Positions 24,534 through 38,195 are shown, counted from the first letter of the stretch. The stretch is 45,571 nucleotides of DNA from Octopus bimaculoides (GCF_001194135.2 NC_068982.1:90318584-90364154); one strand, 5' to 3'. Translations and numbers: made by a program. Notes: generated from the sequence alone by a model not told the origin.

Positions 24534-24889
24534 GTAATTTGCTGGTATTGCAGTGGCAGCACGTTTTCTGTCTCCCTTTTTGCTGGTCACGGTTTCATAG
24601 ACTCCATTGCAGCTGCTTATGTCATTCCTAACAGATTTTATAGTGTTCAGAGACCATTGAACACCTGTCATGATGTCAGCATTTTGATACCAGCGTAAAT
24701 CATCATGATACAGGTAACTCTTTACCAATACCCTGATAGTTTTTATTTTTCTCGTGTATGTCTTTCGCCTATAACTCTCAAATTTATCTTTGAGTTCTTA
24801 TTATAAGTGTCTGGATATATCTTCTTTTGAAATTGCCAAATCCTGGAACGGCTGCAGCCTAAAAATTGAAGCAAGTAGAAGATAAAAGA

Positions 24890-25165
24890 TATACACGTGG
24901 TCTCCAATATTTCACAGGTACTTCATTTTATCAAACCGGGAAGGATAAAAAGCAAGAGTATTCGAGTTCAAATTCTTCGGCGGGATTTTAACTCAAAATG
25001 TAAAAAGATCTATAATAAATTTCTCAAATGCGTTTCAACATTTCATCGATTACGTTGACCACCGTAGTTGACTAATTAGCACTTTATTTTATCTTCTCCA
25101 AACGGATAAAGTTGACCTCAGAGTGACTTGAGAACGGAACATAAAAATCGAACGTGTACCGCTCT
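24890..25165 (-). mobile_element. Two partial degenerate SINE family A pieces (about 24890-25010 and 25060-25165)
   Basis: ggtacttcattttatc..gaaggataaaaagcaa..ttcggcgggattttaactcaaaatgtaaa; ttattttatc..cggataaagttgacctcag. Confidence 0.55.
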
Positions 25166-25387
25166 AAAGATGCTGCAAACGCACTACTTCTCACTTGTAT
25201 GAATATTGAAAAGAAACTCTCTTGCTGTTTCCAGTAATCTATTAAACAAACTAGTTGTCAAGAATGTACGATGTATGCAAATCGCACCATGTGATTTAGT
25301 TAGGCACTCATCATTAACAATGAATTTATAAGCAGTGTATCTGTTAGAGGGTTTGAGAGAGTATTCGGTTCCAAAATATAACTGTAT

Positions 25388-25450
<63 letters not shown>

Positions 25451-26034
25451 NNNNNNNNNNNNNNNNNNNNNNNNNNNNNNNNNNNNNNNNNNNNNNNNNN
25501 NNNNNNNNNNNNNNNNNNNNNNNNNNNNNNNNNNNNNNNNNNNNNNNNNNNNNNNNNNNNNNNNNNNNNNNNNNNNNNNNNNNNNNNNNNNNNNNNNNNN
25601 NNNNNNNNNNNNNNNNNNNNNNNNNNNNNNNNNNNNNNNNNNNNNNNNNNNNNNNNNNNNNNNNNNNNNNNNNNNNNNNNNNNNNNNNNNNNNNNNNNNN
25701 NNNNNNNNNNNNNNNNNNNNNNNNNNNNNNNNNNNNNNNNNNNNNNNNNNNNNNNNNNNNNNNNNNNNNNNNNNNNNNNNNNNNNNNNNNNNNNNNNNNN
25801 NNNNNNNNNNNNNNNNNNNNNNNNNNNNNNNNNNNNNNNNNNNNNNNNNNNNNNNNNNNNNNNNNNNNNNNNNNNNNNNNNNNNNNNNNNNNNNNNNNNN
25901 NNNNNNNNNNNNNNNNNNNNNNNNNNNNNNNNNNNNNNNNNNNNNNNNNNNNNNNNNNNNNNNNNNNNNNNNNNNNNNNNNNNNNNNNNNNNNNNNNNTA
26001 TATATATATATATATATATATATGCATACATTTC

Positions 26035-26066
<32 letters not shown>

Positions 26067-26504
26067 TGTGTGTGTGTGCGTGTGTGTGTGTGTAGAGTGA
26101 GAGCTATTTCGCTGTCCCTTTACAGCAGCAGGTTCTTTTCACACAGCTACCTGGTTCCTGTACGAGCTCTGAAATACCAAGATATGTTATACGTCTACCT
26201 TGGTGCACATCATTTGCTTGTCATTCCTTCTCTTTTCTTTCAACTCTTAACCACCCTTATAATGTCTCACCTGTATAAAATTAGCATTAAGCTCTTCGTG
26301 ATAAAAACATAGTTTATGGACAATTCGAACACAACAATCTTAGATATTCGGCAGCGTTTGTGAACTATTACCATCCCACCTCCACCACTACCGCCGCCGC
26401 TGCCACAATCATTGTGGTATGTAGTCCAGGGCTTCATTAAACAGTACTATCCTTGCAATCACTATCACCGAAACAATCGCAATAACACCTGCTGCACGTG
26501 ACTG

Positions 26505-26536
<32 letters not shown>

Positions 26537-26769
26537 GGTTATGCTGTTTAGCTCAGGGTCAGCACTGACCGTGATAGACACATAATCAAACATATTTCAT
26601 CCGTGAACATGTTTGTTCACAATTACTATGTTGCCCAACGAGTACTTTTATTTTTTTTGTTTCCCTTTTTTTAAGTCTTTAAGGTGTATTTGGGGTGAGG
26701 GAGAGAGGGATAGAGGATGGGTGGAGAGAGAGAAAGAGAGAACCAGATTTAACTGCTAGTTCTAGAAGA

Positions 26770-27730
26770 TTAAACGGCCACTTAGAGGTTTCCTTGTTGG
26801 ACTCGCTTTCATGTGATGGCTTGAAGTTCAAGAAATAGCAACCGAATTGCTCTCATGTCATACCCTTCCGTTTAAGCTATCAAAAGCAACACAGTGGCTA
26901 ACGTAGTCCTATACAGACTATGCCGCATACACACTGACGGGATGAAAAGGGCTGGAAAGCCTTGTATTAGGGGCTTCCTCATTCAGGGTTGGCCTGAATC
27001 TCAGAGCTGTCCACTGACTCCCACACGTCAACAACAGCAACGACAGCATCAACAAAATCCACAGCACAGTACCGTGATTAAATGAAATAACAGTAAAACC
27101 ATGTTTCTTATCTCAATCTGCCTTCTTAAATAGATACATTACATAACATATTCCTTAGATGTAACGCGTCTGAAAAAAGTAAAGGCGGTTATGGTTGGAA
27201 GGCATTGCATCGTAGGCATGTTTGAAAAACAACATGATTATAAGCAGCGTCACCATCACAGTTATCGATACCCCTATGCTATCTCACCTGGCACCTCTAT
27301 CAACACCATCATCCACAACTCCACCACCATCAACACTCACAATCAACGATGGAACCTCTACGTGGTTGTGTGAGCTGTTAGAAGTAGCGCAGAAATCACC
27401 CTCAAACCATATGCAGGGTTGTCAGATAAATGAATTCAGTTTGTTTCTACTTGGCACCCATCGTCATATATCTAAACAGAGGTAAAATTTCTCCAAATTT
27501 CATAAACGATAAATAGAATTTGGAGAGGAAAAGTAAAGCCACAAAATCCCAGAAAACACTACGATAAAAACGTTTTTCATGTCAATCCAAATAACATCGG
27601 AAATATATTAAAATAATATATATATATATATATATNNNNNNNNNNAAACGAACGAATTTATCTGACAACATAATGCTTCGATTTTAAAGGGAAGGACACA
27701 TTGCACTATATGGTGCTGAATGAATTACGT
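26770..27730 (-). repeat. Several family D fragments (about 26770-27000, 27165-27250, 27370-27420, 27670-27730) interspersed with CAC/CAT repeats
   Basis: gaaatagcaaccgaattgctctcatgtcataccc...cacagtggctaacgtagtcctatacagactatg, gctgttagaagtagcgcagaaatcaccctcaaacc and aagggaaggacacattgcactatatgg are reverse-complement similar to 300-730 and 9330-9560. Confidence 0.45.
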
Positions 27731-27879
27731 CTGAATAAAGGATCAATCGGGTTCCACCTGTGGCTAAACAACAGCAACTTCAACAAAATTGATAAAGCCC
27801 CCGCTGCTACTATGTCCATTACATTATCAACTTCAATACAACTACTACCTATACGATGTCAAGCATACAATCACCATCA

Positions 27880-28400
27880 CCTCCACTATTCACGCGACCA
27901 TATCTCCTACAATTTCCTCGATCAGCACTACCACCATAACAATCATCACCAGTAACAGCAGCGGTACCACCACCACTACCGCTACATGAGGACCACCACA
28001 CCACACACTGCACCAGCAGCACCACCATCGATCGCCATCACCACTCTCCAGTATCCCCACCATCACTATCGTCACCACCATCGATCGCCACCACAACCAC
28101 AACCGTCACCACCACTACTACCAACATCACCACCACCACCACCACCACCACTACCACCGCAACCACAATCGATAGCGCCACAACACTGTTACTATCACTA
28201 TACCTCGATGCTAATCAAATTGTCATACCAGCATTACCAAAACCGTCAGCACTACTTCCATTCCCACCCTCCTAAGCGAATGACACCGACACAAGAAAGA
28301 ATACATCACCAACAGCACCATGACAAATGCCAATAGCACTGCCATAGCAACACTATCATCTCTCCACCCAACATCACCGACAACGCCACCGCCATTACCA
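27880..28400. repeat. Degenerate (CAC/CAT/CAA)n low-complexity block
   Basis: Seen directly. It is the source of poly-P/H/T pseudo-ORFs. Confidence 0.9.
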
Positions 28401-30189
28401 TCTCTACAATCGGCTCTACTGACAAAAATCAATAGGGAAAAAAATAACAAACCTTATATAAAGATAATAATGTTTATAATCTGCGTTTATGTATCTATTT
28501 ATATTTTAAAGGAATTATTTTGGTTCGTTTTAGATGAAAAATTTGGCATCGGTTAGATATAAGGAAATGCAAAACGACAATGATTTTTGAGTGTGTTTGT
28601 GTTCGTGTATGGCGGGGTATATGTGTGTATGCGTGTGTGAGATGTCCTTGTGTGTCTGTGCTTGTTCGTGTGTGTGAGTGTATACACACACGCACACACA
28701 CAACATTTATATAAATTGAAAGTTCTATATATAGGATATCATAAATACACGTGCGTGAACCTTTGTGTGTTTAATCTATAGATAAGCATGCGTTTGAGTG
28801 TAGTACATACTATATCATATGTGTGTATGTGTATGCATGTTTATAAATGTATACATATATATATATATATACATCATATTAAATAATATCTATAGATATT
28901 ATATAACACATTCAAGCTCACATATATTATACGTATAATATATAGATACTTAATACATGCATATGTATTAAGCATCTATTTATATTTTAAATAATGGATA
29001 TATCTTATTATATATTTATAATATATGTATACTATATATATCACGTTTTTATATATTTACAATATATAATACACACACACACATATTTGTAATATATACA
29101 TACGTGTGCGTGTGTGTTTAAGAGAGAGTTTGTGTGTGCGTACGTGCGTATTCTACGCTGGTTGAAGACGTGAGCACGAGCAGAAACATTGAGATGGCTC
29201 GGAAGGTTGTCCTACGTTACATATATGCCTGCTAATATGTGTATATTCGATAGTCATACTTTCCATATATTTATTTCACATATATATTATTCGTTGCCCC
29301 CCACCCCAAATTTTCAATTAGTTGAACATTACGCACAGTGAATAGATGCCCCGATTGCATTTTCAGGATTATGGGTATCTAGTTAACCACATGAATCATA
29401 TATAGGTATTTTTAAATCGTTTAGTCCAGCATTTGTTCCACCACAGCATTCTGAAAGTTTTCCAGTTCCATATAAGACGCACTCGCGTTGATCTCAGAGC
29501 ATGTTTGTTGTTGCGGGGAATTTCTTTCATTCAAAACTGGCTACAGAGGAGAGTAGTCATCGAAACATCTAAATGTCATGAAAGGTTTCCATAAAATATA
29601 TTTAGAGATATGTTTTTGGTATGGGTGTAGTCGAAATTCGTCCTGTATATTAATTTACATAGATTTTGGTCATAACACTAGCTCATTTCTAAGAAGTTGC
29701 CCAGCTCTCTGGATGAATAAACGCCTTGATTGATAAAATTAAGATGCGTCAGCTAAAAAGCGTGGGAGTCAAGTTACCGTGCGTGCACACACACAGAGTA
29801 CATCATACGTGTGTGTAGTGACAGAACACACGTGAACCTCACGCAATACACACTAATTTGACAATGTCCAGATGAAGTCGTTTACTAGACCCACAGATAA
29901 TGTTGTCTGTTATCAAAATTAATTGCTCTGTTTCAGAGTGACCATATTTAGCCGCTTCCACTTTACACACACGCACCCGCACACACACAAATGTATGCAT
30001 GTATATATGTATCTATTTGTATATTGGATTTACTCATTGGACTGCGACCTGGCTGTGGAGCCAACTTCAAGTGATTGATTCGATCATATCGATAAAATCA
30101 AATATTTCATTCTGACATTTATTTTATCGATCTTTATTTATCGAAATAAAATTAAAACTGACGATATATAATTCGACACACCGGTTTAC

Positions 30190-30415
30190 CTTTCCGTGAT
30201 GGATCCACCATCCTAGTTATCCGATAAATGAAAGTGCAAGTGGTTGAGTACTCCAGAGATACGTGTACACTTAATATAACGCCAAAACCGAAACAACTTC
30301 ACACCGCAGAAAAAAACAAAAAATGAACACTACACAAACTCAGTATGTCAAACACTGAAATCGAACCAAGGATCTCGGGATTGCAAAACGAGCTCTCTTC
30401 CCAAACGTGCATGCA
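30190..30415 (-). mobile_element. SINE fragments: 3' piece of family B variant (30190-30285) and a tRNA-like head (30300-30415)
   Basis: gtgcaagtggttgagtactccagagatacgtgtacactt. The minus strand has a B-box-like GGTTCGATTTC at about 30368-30358. Confidence 0.5.
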
Positions 30416-30719
30416 CATAGGATAAATATTCAGGATACGTTTATCATACACAGGGTATATCATTTAGTATATTTCACTTTGTTATATCTATTGAATATTC
30501 TGATTTGTTCAATGTGATCCCCAATCGCATCCACACACACACATACACACACACACACACACACACGTACACACACAGAGACAGAAACATACACACGTGT
30601 GTACACACAGACAGACCCCCCCACACACACACACACACACATATATACATAAACATGAGCACACATGCGCATGTGAGAGCGAAGGGGCGGAAACTGACAG
30701 AGTAGGGGATAGGGGTTCA

Positions 30720-30728
30720 TATATCTAC

Positions 30729-30789
<61 letters not shown>

Positions 30790-30830
30790 GAGAGAGAGAG
30801 AGAGGGGGAGAGGGACAGAGAGAGACAGAC

Positions 30831-30875
<45 letters not shown>

Positions 30876-30877
30876 GG

Positions 30878-30914
<37 letters not shown>

Positions 30915-30940
30915 GGATGGATGGATGGATGAATGGATGG
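30720..30940. repeat. Compound microsatellite (TA)-(CA)-(TA)-(GA)-(GACA)-(GATA)-(GATG)
   Basis: Seen directly. Confidence 0.95.
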
Positions 30941-31728
30941 TAAAATAATAATGTCGCATGACACATTACAGCATCTATGAGGTCAGATTCTTATATATCG
31001 GAGGAAAAAGCTTCGTTTAATGTTTTCCAATAACGATCGGAGCTGCTGATTCTTATGTTTATGAAAGGATGAAAAACAAAGCGTGACATCATGTAGCCAC
31101 TGTTGTTCTGTATATATATAAATAAACTACCTCTTCATATAGGATTTCTACCACACACTACGCTTTTGGATAGAGAAATTACATCACAAAGTCAAGCCAA
31201 CTAGGAAACCGTTACGTGGTCACTTGGCATGTTAAAAATGCTAGTCAAAACATTTTCAAATTATAAGCTATGGTTTCAGAAGAATTGATAATGAAATTAT
31301 AAATTCCTGATTGATAACGTTGTCTGGGTAACACAAATAGGATGAGTATGGTTGCAATGTATTTTGTCGAAGCCCTGTTCATTCAAGGCTAAACTAGGGT
31401 GAAACGATAACGATTGACAAAACTACACTCACTCGTACACAACACATCTAAGCACAAACAAACATACACACAAGCAAGTGTCCATCCCTCTATCCATCCC
31501 TTCATCCATCCATCCATCCCTCCTCCTTCCACACATACATACGTGTATACATGTATATATATATTTACAGACGCGCGCGCGCGCACACGCATACGCGTGG
31601 ACACGAGCCATCAAGGGAGCCATGAAACTAGAAATAGCGGCTGAATGAAACTACAAAATTACTATACAGATAGATGGTTACGTATGTAGATAGATATATT
31701 TATTTGTAGTATGTGTGTATTTATTCGT

Positions 31729-31768
<40 letters not shown>

Positions 31769-31880
31769 TGTTTATGCATGTATATGTATAGATATATGTT
31801 GTGTGATTAACTGAAGCATACATTCATGCACACAGACAGATAGGCAGACAGACAGATAGACTGATAGGTAACTAAATAGG

Positions 31881-31947
<67 letters not shown>

Positions 31948-32371
31948 AGAGAGAGCGATATGTTGCTTGATTGATTTATTGAATTATTAAATCAATAAAT
32001 TATTATTGATTTATTGATTGACTGGTTGATCGAATCAGAGAATATTTAAGTAGGAGAGGGAATAGATGGATAGTTAAGTAATATTTACTCACTTAACGAA
32101 GGGGACTGCTGTGGCGTCGCTGGTGGAGGTGGTGTTGGTGGTCGCACATAGGCACATAGGCACATATACACAATACGAATGTTGGCAGTGGTAGGTGTGA
32201 ATACGATGATGATGATCACCATGATCATGATCCGGATCATCATCACTATCATCATGTAGATGATGGTGATGACGTGGTGATAATAACGTTGTGATGAGGA
32301 TGGAGACTACAGAGATAATGATACTGCCTATTATGATGGTTATAGTTATGATGGTTACTTTATTTTTATTT

Positions 32372-32374
<3 letters not shown>

Positions 32375-32448
<74 letters not shown>

Positions 32449-32460
32449 TATTTATTTATT
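32375..32460. repeat. (TTA)n microsatellite
   Basis: Seen directly. Confidence 0.95.
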
Positions 32461-32589
32461 TTTTTATCGTCAGCAACATGTCTATCAACGTCATCATTAT
32501 CATCCAATAACAATTGTTCTCGTTATCCACCTTCTTACCATCACCTTCTTACCATCACCTTCTTTAACATTTATTATCGATTCATCTCC

Positions 32590-32628
<39 letters not shown>

Positions 32629-33021
32629 AAATAAATGGATCTCCGTCAGTTTCACAAATGCACATTACAATTGTTGGATCAACTGAACAACATAACAGAG
32701 CATGACAGGCTGAGTATTCCACAAACACAGCGTGCCACAATGTGACAAAGTGACAAGGCGTGGTATAGTCCATCCGACAGGCTGCCACATTTCGTGTATT
32801 CAATCACGCACACACACGCACACACATTCACATCATGCACGCATTCAAACTTGATTTGACCTGAGCGCAAGCTAAAAGTGATTTGCGGCTTGGAATGGGA
32901 TCGAATCTGAGATCTTAATATTACGATATGAACATTTTTAGCTAGTCGGTCATGACTGAAATTACATACACAAGTCTGGCTGCTTCAGAATTTCGTTTCG
33001 CAATCCACTGCGTAGGTTCTT

Positions 33022-33490
33022 AGGAGCTGTCGTAGCCATGTGATTAGGTACTTCGCGTTGCAACATGGTTTCGGGTTCAGCCCCACTTCAAGGCACCTTC
33101 GACAAATGGGTTCTACAACGGACCAAGACTGACCAATGAAAGAATTCGGTAGACGAAGATTATGTGGAAGCCATACATACATACATACATACATACATAC
33201 ATGCATGCATGCATGCATGCATATATATATAATATGTGTGCGTGTGTCTCTGTGTGTGTATCTATGTATAAATCTGTGTGCGTGAGTGTAGTTTTGTTTA
33301 TGTGTTTCACAACATACCGCATGGTTAACTTACATCCCCGGAACATAGCGGTTCGCTAAAAGAGACCGATAGAGTAAGTACCAGACATAGAATAATAAGT
33401 ATTGGGTCTATCTTACCGACAAAATTCTTCATGGTGGTGCTCAAGCGTGGCCGCAGTTTATGCCGATAATTAAAAAAAAGCGATAGAACA
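33022..33490 (+). mobile_element. tRNA-derived SINE family B (CORE-like) with an internal (CATA)n/(TG)n microsatellite
   Basis: Head with B-box-like GGGTTCAGCCCC (33073-84), then ggcaccttcgacaaatg..tctac and ggtagacgaagat..gaagcc. The 3' part has catccccggaacatagcggttcgctaaaagagaccgatagagtaagtacc and ggtggtgctcaagcgtggccgcagt, followed by an A-rich tail. Confidence 0.85.
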
Positions 33491-34210
33491 AAAAAAATCA
33501 TGTAAAAGACGAAAGAAAAAAGTGTAACGGGTAGACGCAAACAGCGGAAGGCCTTCCAAGAGAGGGGCTGTATTTATAATACTTGGAGCTAACCAAAGTA
33601 CAAATTGTGCCACGCTGATTTAGCTTCCCTTTGTTGATTTAACGAGTAGGATTTTAGTTCAATGAATCGAACTTAAGAACACATATACATATGTATATAT
33701 GGACACAACGTATTGACAAACATACATACGCGTACCACGTGCGAACACGCACACACACACCGAGCATTTATTATAGGTACTTGTACTTGTACATATACAG
33801 ACATAATGAAGCATACATGCATCTATAAAGCCAGGCTTCAGTATGAACATAGATGTTCTATCTGTAAGGAACTAAAGAACAGCATATTTACACATAAACA
33901 TATTAAATATACGTACATATTATATGTGTGTGGGGAGAGAGAGAGCGAGAGAGAGAGAGAGAAAGAAGGGGGAGACAAAAAGAGAAGTCAATAGATAGAT
34001 AGATAGATAGATAGGTATTACTTATATGAAATGCACGTATATTTATGACCGTGTGCACATGCGTGTAATTAATGCTTGTCTCTCTTAAATCCTTAAGAAT
34101 AAGTTTTTCCTGTGATTTGTAAGTGCATGCATACCTATATATACATATATGTGCCCGTTAATTTGTTTCATTTTGTTCTCATAGAACACGCATACACAGA
34201 TAGAGAGACA

Positions 34211-34270
<60 letters not shown>

Positions 34271-34582
34271 CACACACATATACAGACACATGTACACAAG
34301 ACAGACACGCACACACACGGATATATATATATACAAACAACACAAGCGGTTTAAAGTTAAACACGCATAGTTTATATAATAATAATGTACATTGCTATAA
34401 AAACCTAAACACAGGATTTACCAGAAATAGCAATGAATTTACCCTCACGCGACAGTCTACCGACTTAAAAGGGCAGAATCACATTGGGTTGTGTCGTCCT
34501 AGAAATTGTGCCTAGAAAAAACACAGGATGGCTTCTCCTGAAAGACCTTGGATTAGAGCCGATCTTGAAGTATTGTACGGTA

Positions 34583-34635
<53 letters not shown>

Positions 34636-34989
34636 CATGTATACATGTATGTATGCTCATATATTTATATATGTGTGTATATTTATGTGTATATATATAT
34701 GCATGTATGTATTAGAGAAATATACACCATTTTTTCACATGCAAACAAGCTTGCGAGAGAACAGTGCTTTGCGGCTTGATCTGCGTGAAAAAAACAGCTA
34801 ATTCGTCTACAAATACCCCTTAGGTTACTGCTATAGACAGAAAATAATGCATTGTATAATAATGCTCTAAATATACACGGCCTGTTTAAAAGATGGTCGC
34901 GGTTGAAATACTTCTCGTCATACAGATCTGTTTCCATCAACCTTCCACACTACGGAGACGGTCTGTGAAAAAGGTAAAAAGTATGGTGA

Positions 34990-35520
34990 TTAGCCCTTTC
35001 TGAAATGGCTCCTTCCTCGAGTACCGATCTGGTATGCAAGAACTAGTGTATTTTGAATGGATGTTGTATATTTTAATCGTAGGAGACGATATGATATCTT
35101 CTTGTTAATTTTGTTCATCCAAGTCTTATATAGGCTTTGTTTTCCGTTTGTTTTGAATATTTGTGACAGGCGCTGATTTCCTACAAGCCGTGTTCTTTGC
35201 GACTGTTTCTCTTTCCTATCACGCTTGCACACATATCACTGTATGGCAGATGCAAGTTACATTGCATTTCGACTCAGATGCCAGCAGGTATTTTAAAATA
35301 CGATCATCATCCATGCGACGGAGATGTCTACGCTATTGAAGTAGTTGTTAATGCAGGAAAGTAAATATAGAAGAAATGACGCCATTATAAGTACGTCATT
35401 GTTGCAGATCCAGTTCTGATTTAACATTTCATCACAAGGACATCGCACAGGTCCCTCATATGAAACACGCGAAGCTTCACTTGATCTGAAAAACGTGCTG
35501 TCCACAACTCATTGGCACGT
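34990..35520 (-). pseudogene. Decayed RTE (BovB-like) LINE, 3' end of ORF2
   Basis: With frameshifts: ELWTARFSDQVKLRVF (35510-35463), RRHLRRMDDDRILKYLL (35320-35282), YVCKRDRK (35232-35212), QIG...SHFRK*. These are collinear with RTE C-terminal motifs KIWK..L..K.KLRVY / GHVRRMDDGRIPKDLLY / DVCKRDMK / RIGL.SH.R. Confidence 0.75.
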
Positions 35521-36303
35521 AGACGTGTGCTAGTGCTCAGTAATAAATACCTTGTATAATTCAACCTTGATCATAGGTCAGCACAATCAACATATAATCA
35601 ATTAAGATATATAATTGATATAATGGATTAGTGATCGCACATGCTGTCATATATAAACACCAAGTGTCTATATATGTCATGTATGACAGTATATCAGCAA
35701 CAAGGCATTCCTCCTGTCATGCCAGCGTATATATGACTATAATCTATCTGTGAACACAAGAGCTATTACACTCTTTTTTATTTTCATGTTTTTAGATTTT
35801 CACAGTCTGTCAACTATGTGTCAAAAGTCTACGACACAGTGATGCGAATTCATCGATGACACAGTCTCGCAAGAGTTGCCGTTGAGTTATCATATAAGCA
35901 ACCAAGACAGCACAAGTATGACCAGACATCTTGCTTTTCATTATAGAAAATATTGAAAAATAAAACAAATATAAATGAAGACAGGAAATGCGTGTTCTGA
36001 AACTGCTAAAATGTCGCGCTAACGATGTAAGTTTACACATACATACATACATGCATACAGTAGAATTGACACGAAGCGCAGCCTCTCTTAGACAGAAAAC
36101 CATTACATCATATCACATTTTGAAGTGCAATCTGTCAGTAGAACAGTAAAAATATGCGAGACTTTCCTGAAGTTCCAAATGTGAATTTGTCCGTGTTAAC
36201 TACATCCCAAAGGATGGAGCTTTGTATCTTTGTCGGAAACCGGGACCCTCCTCAGGAAAAGATTTATAATAAGAGACATACATACATGCCCAAACACACA
36301 CAT

Positions 36304-36346
<43 letters not shown>

Positions 36347-36489
36347 TGCATGTACGGCAGTAAATTGCAATTGAGTATTATTTCGTATCACCATTCACCA
36401 TATTCATCATTCTTTTCGCTAATGTCTTCCTACAACTCGTGTAGCACCGAGCAGATACTATCGTGATTCCCTTACCTTTGCCCTCCATG

Positions 36490-36645
36490 GAAGATCTAAG
36501 GCAGGACATCTCAAGGGCGTACGGGTGTCACCCCGGTACTGCTTAATTGACACTTAAAGGATGAAAGTCAAAATTCGTAACATCAATGGAATCTTAATTT
36601 AGAACTGAAAAAGCCAGATCAAATAACGCAAGGCAGTTCTTATAA
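36490..36645 (-). mobile_element. Highly degenerate SINE family A
   Basis: ccccggtactgcttaattgacacttaaaggatgaaagtcaaa ... gaatcttaatttagaac. Confidence 0.45.
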
Positions 36646-36659
36646 AGACGATGTAAAAT

Positions 36660-36810
36660 GAAGACGTTCCAGTTACGACTGACCATTCCACATGATTTTC
36701 AGATAAAATGTCCAAGACTACATCATCAAACATCTCCCATCAGTTTATGAAATGGCCAAGAGTGTTCAGAGAGAAATTTGATTGATAATCCTAATTAGGT
36801 GAGCAACCGC
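36660..36810 (+). repeat. Family D dispersed repeat copy
   Basis: gaagacgttccagttacgactgaccattcc...aagactacatcatcaaacat...gagagaaatttgattgataatcctaattaggtgagc. Confidence 0.45.
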
Positions 36811-37164
36811 ACAGTATCTAACCCGATGGCTTGAAATGTTACTAGCAGACCCGGTATCTTTACCCATCAGCTAGCTGGACTAAGACACGTATCATTGATT
36901 ATGCTGCCTAATAACAACAGATCATGGACATCAGTGAACATGTGCAAGTCATGCAATAGAAAACTCATTCGACTATATCCGATCCTTATAATTATCAGTC
37001 TATAAATACACTAATGTGAAAATAAAATCTATTATAGAACTCCTCACTTTCTATAAATATACTGGATGTTCGAGACTCAAATACACGTTAGTCTGTGTAT
37101 AGTATATAATATACATGCATACACATGTATATAATATATATATACATAAACACATATATATACT

Positions 37165-37196
<32 letters not shown>

Positions 37197-37291
37197 TATG
37201 TAAGTATTTGTGTATTTATGTGTGTATATGTGTGTGTTTCTCTACTTCTGTGTCTATGTGAATGTATGTATTTCAACATGTAATTTCTTAC

Positions 37292-37339
37292 CTGCAGGGA
37301 AATTGAGAACGTACAATTCTGACGAGGTGTAACAGACTG
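37292..37339 (-). other. Candidate 48-nt micro-exon or recursive (AG|GT) splice site
   Basis: Minus strand reads atgtttcAG|CAGTCTG...TTCTCAATTTCCCTGCAG|GTAAGAAA. The donor is near consensus, all three frames are open, and the exon end is itself a pyrimidine tract plus CAG. Confidence 0.35.
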
Positions 37340-38195
37340 CTGAAACATTTATATATAGTTTTGTCCCTTACTTGCAATAAAAATCAAACTCTACTTTTAC
37401 CGGCATGTAAACTGACGTGAGAATTTCTTACAGGGAATATATATTTTTATGTATAGAAATCAATTTACTGTTTCTGCATGATTCACTTTTGGATTGTTAG
37501 AGTATATAATGTGCTTGTCACGAGGGAGAAATACAAATGCTGTTAAGGGTTAATTTTTGTAAGAAATTGCAAGGACTTGCAACAGCTCGAAACAAAAGCA
37601 AAGTAGAGGATATGTTTATTTCGACTATATACACTAGTGTTTCTGCGGTCCACGTTTTCGATTATAAACACCGATCATCCTTAAAGGTGAAACACAGATT
37701 CAGTGTTTTTATCTGAAACGAAAGAGGAATATTATACTCTGATTTGTATTGCACTGACTTACTTCTTTGATATCAGTGTTGTTTACTTCAAAACATCAAC
37801 ACTTACATGGGGGCAAATGTGAGTGCGTGCGCATATATAAACATACACACATATAAACATGCGCATAAAAATATACACACACATACAACATACAGATTGG
37901 TAGACAGATAGTTGAGGCAGCTGAACGCCGGCAAACCTTCGAAATCACTGGCAATCCTTCCTTTGTATAAGTAAATTTGATATTTTATGAGTGTGCATAA
38001 AAACAAATATTGTTATATATCAATGTTATACAATGTTATACATCCCAGTTGCAGGGGAAATCTTTTGGTTGTCTGTCTACGTATTCCCTCTCTGTATACC
38101 CACGCCCTCTTTAGTTGTTTCTCCTCTAAATGATATACATCTGTGTGAGTGTATGTATATATATATATATATTTAAATAAGTACACAAACATACA

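Noticed and set aside
29367-29405. AG/GT-bounded segment on the plus strand
   Set aside because: All three frames contain stops, and there is no other support.
37896-37970. Protein-looking IGRQIVEAAERRQTFEITGNPSFV
   Set aside because: It is short, has a poor acceptor, and no homology is recognised.
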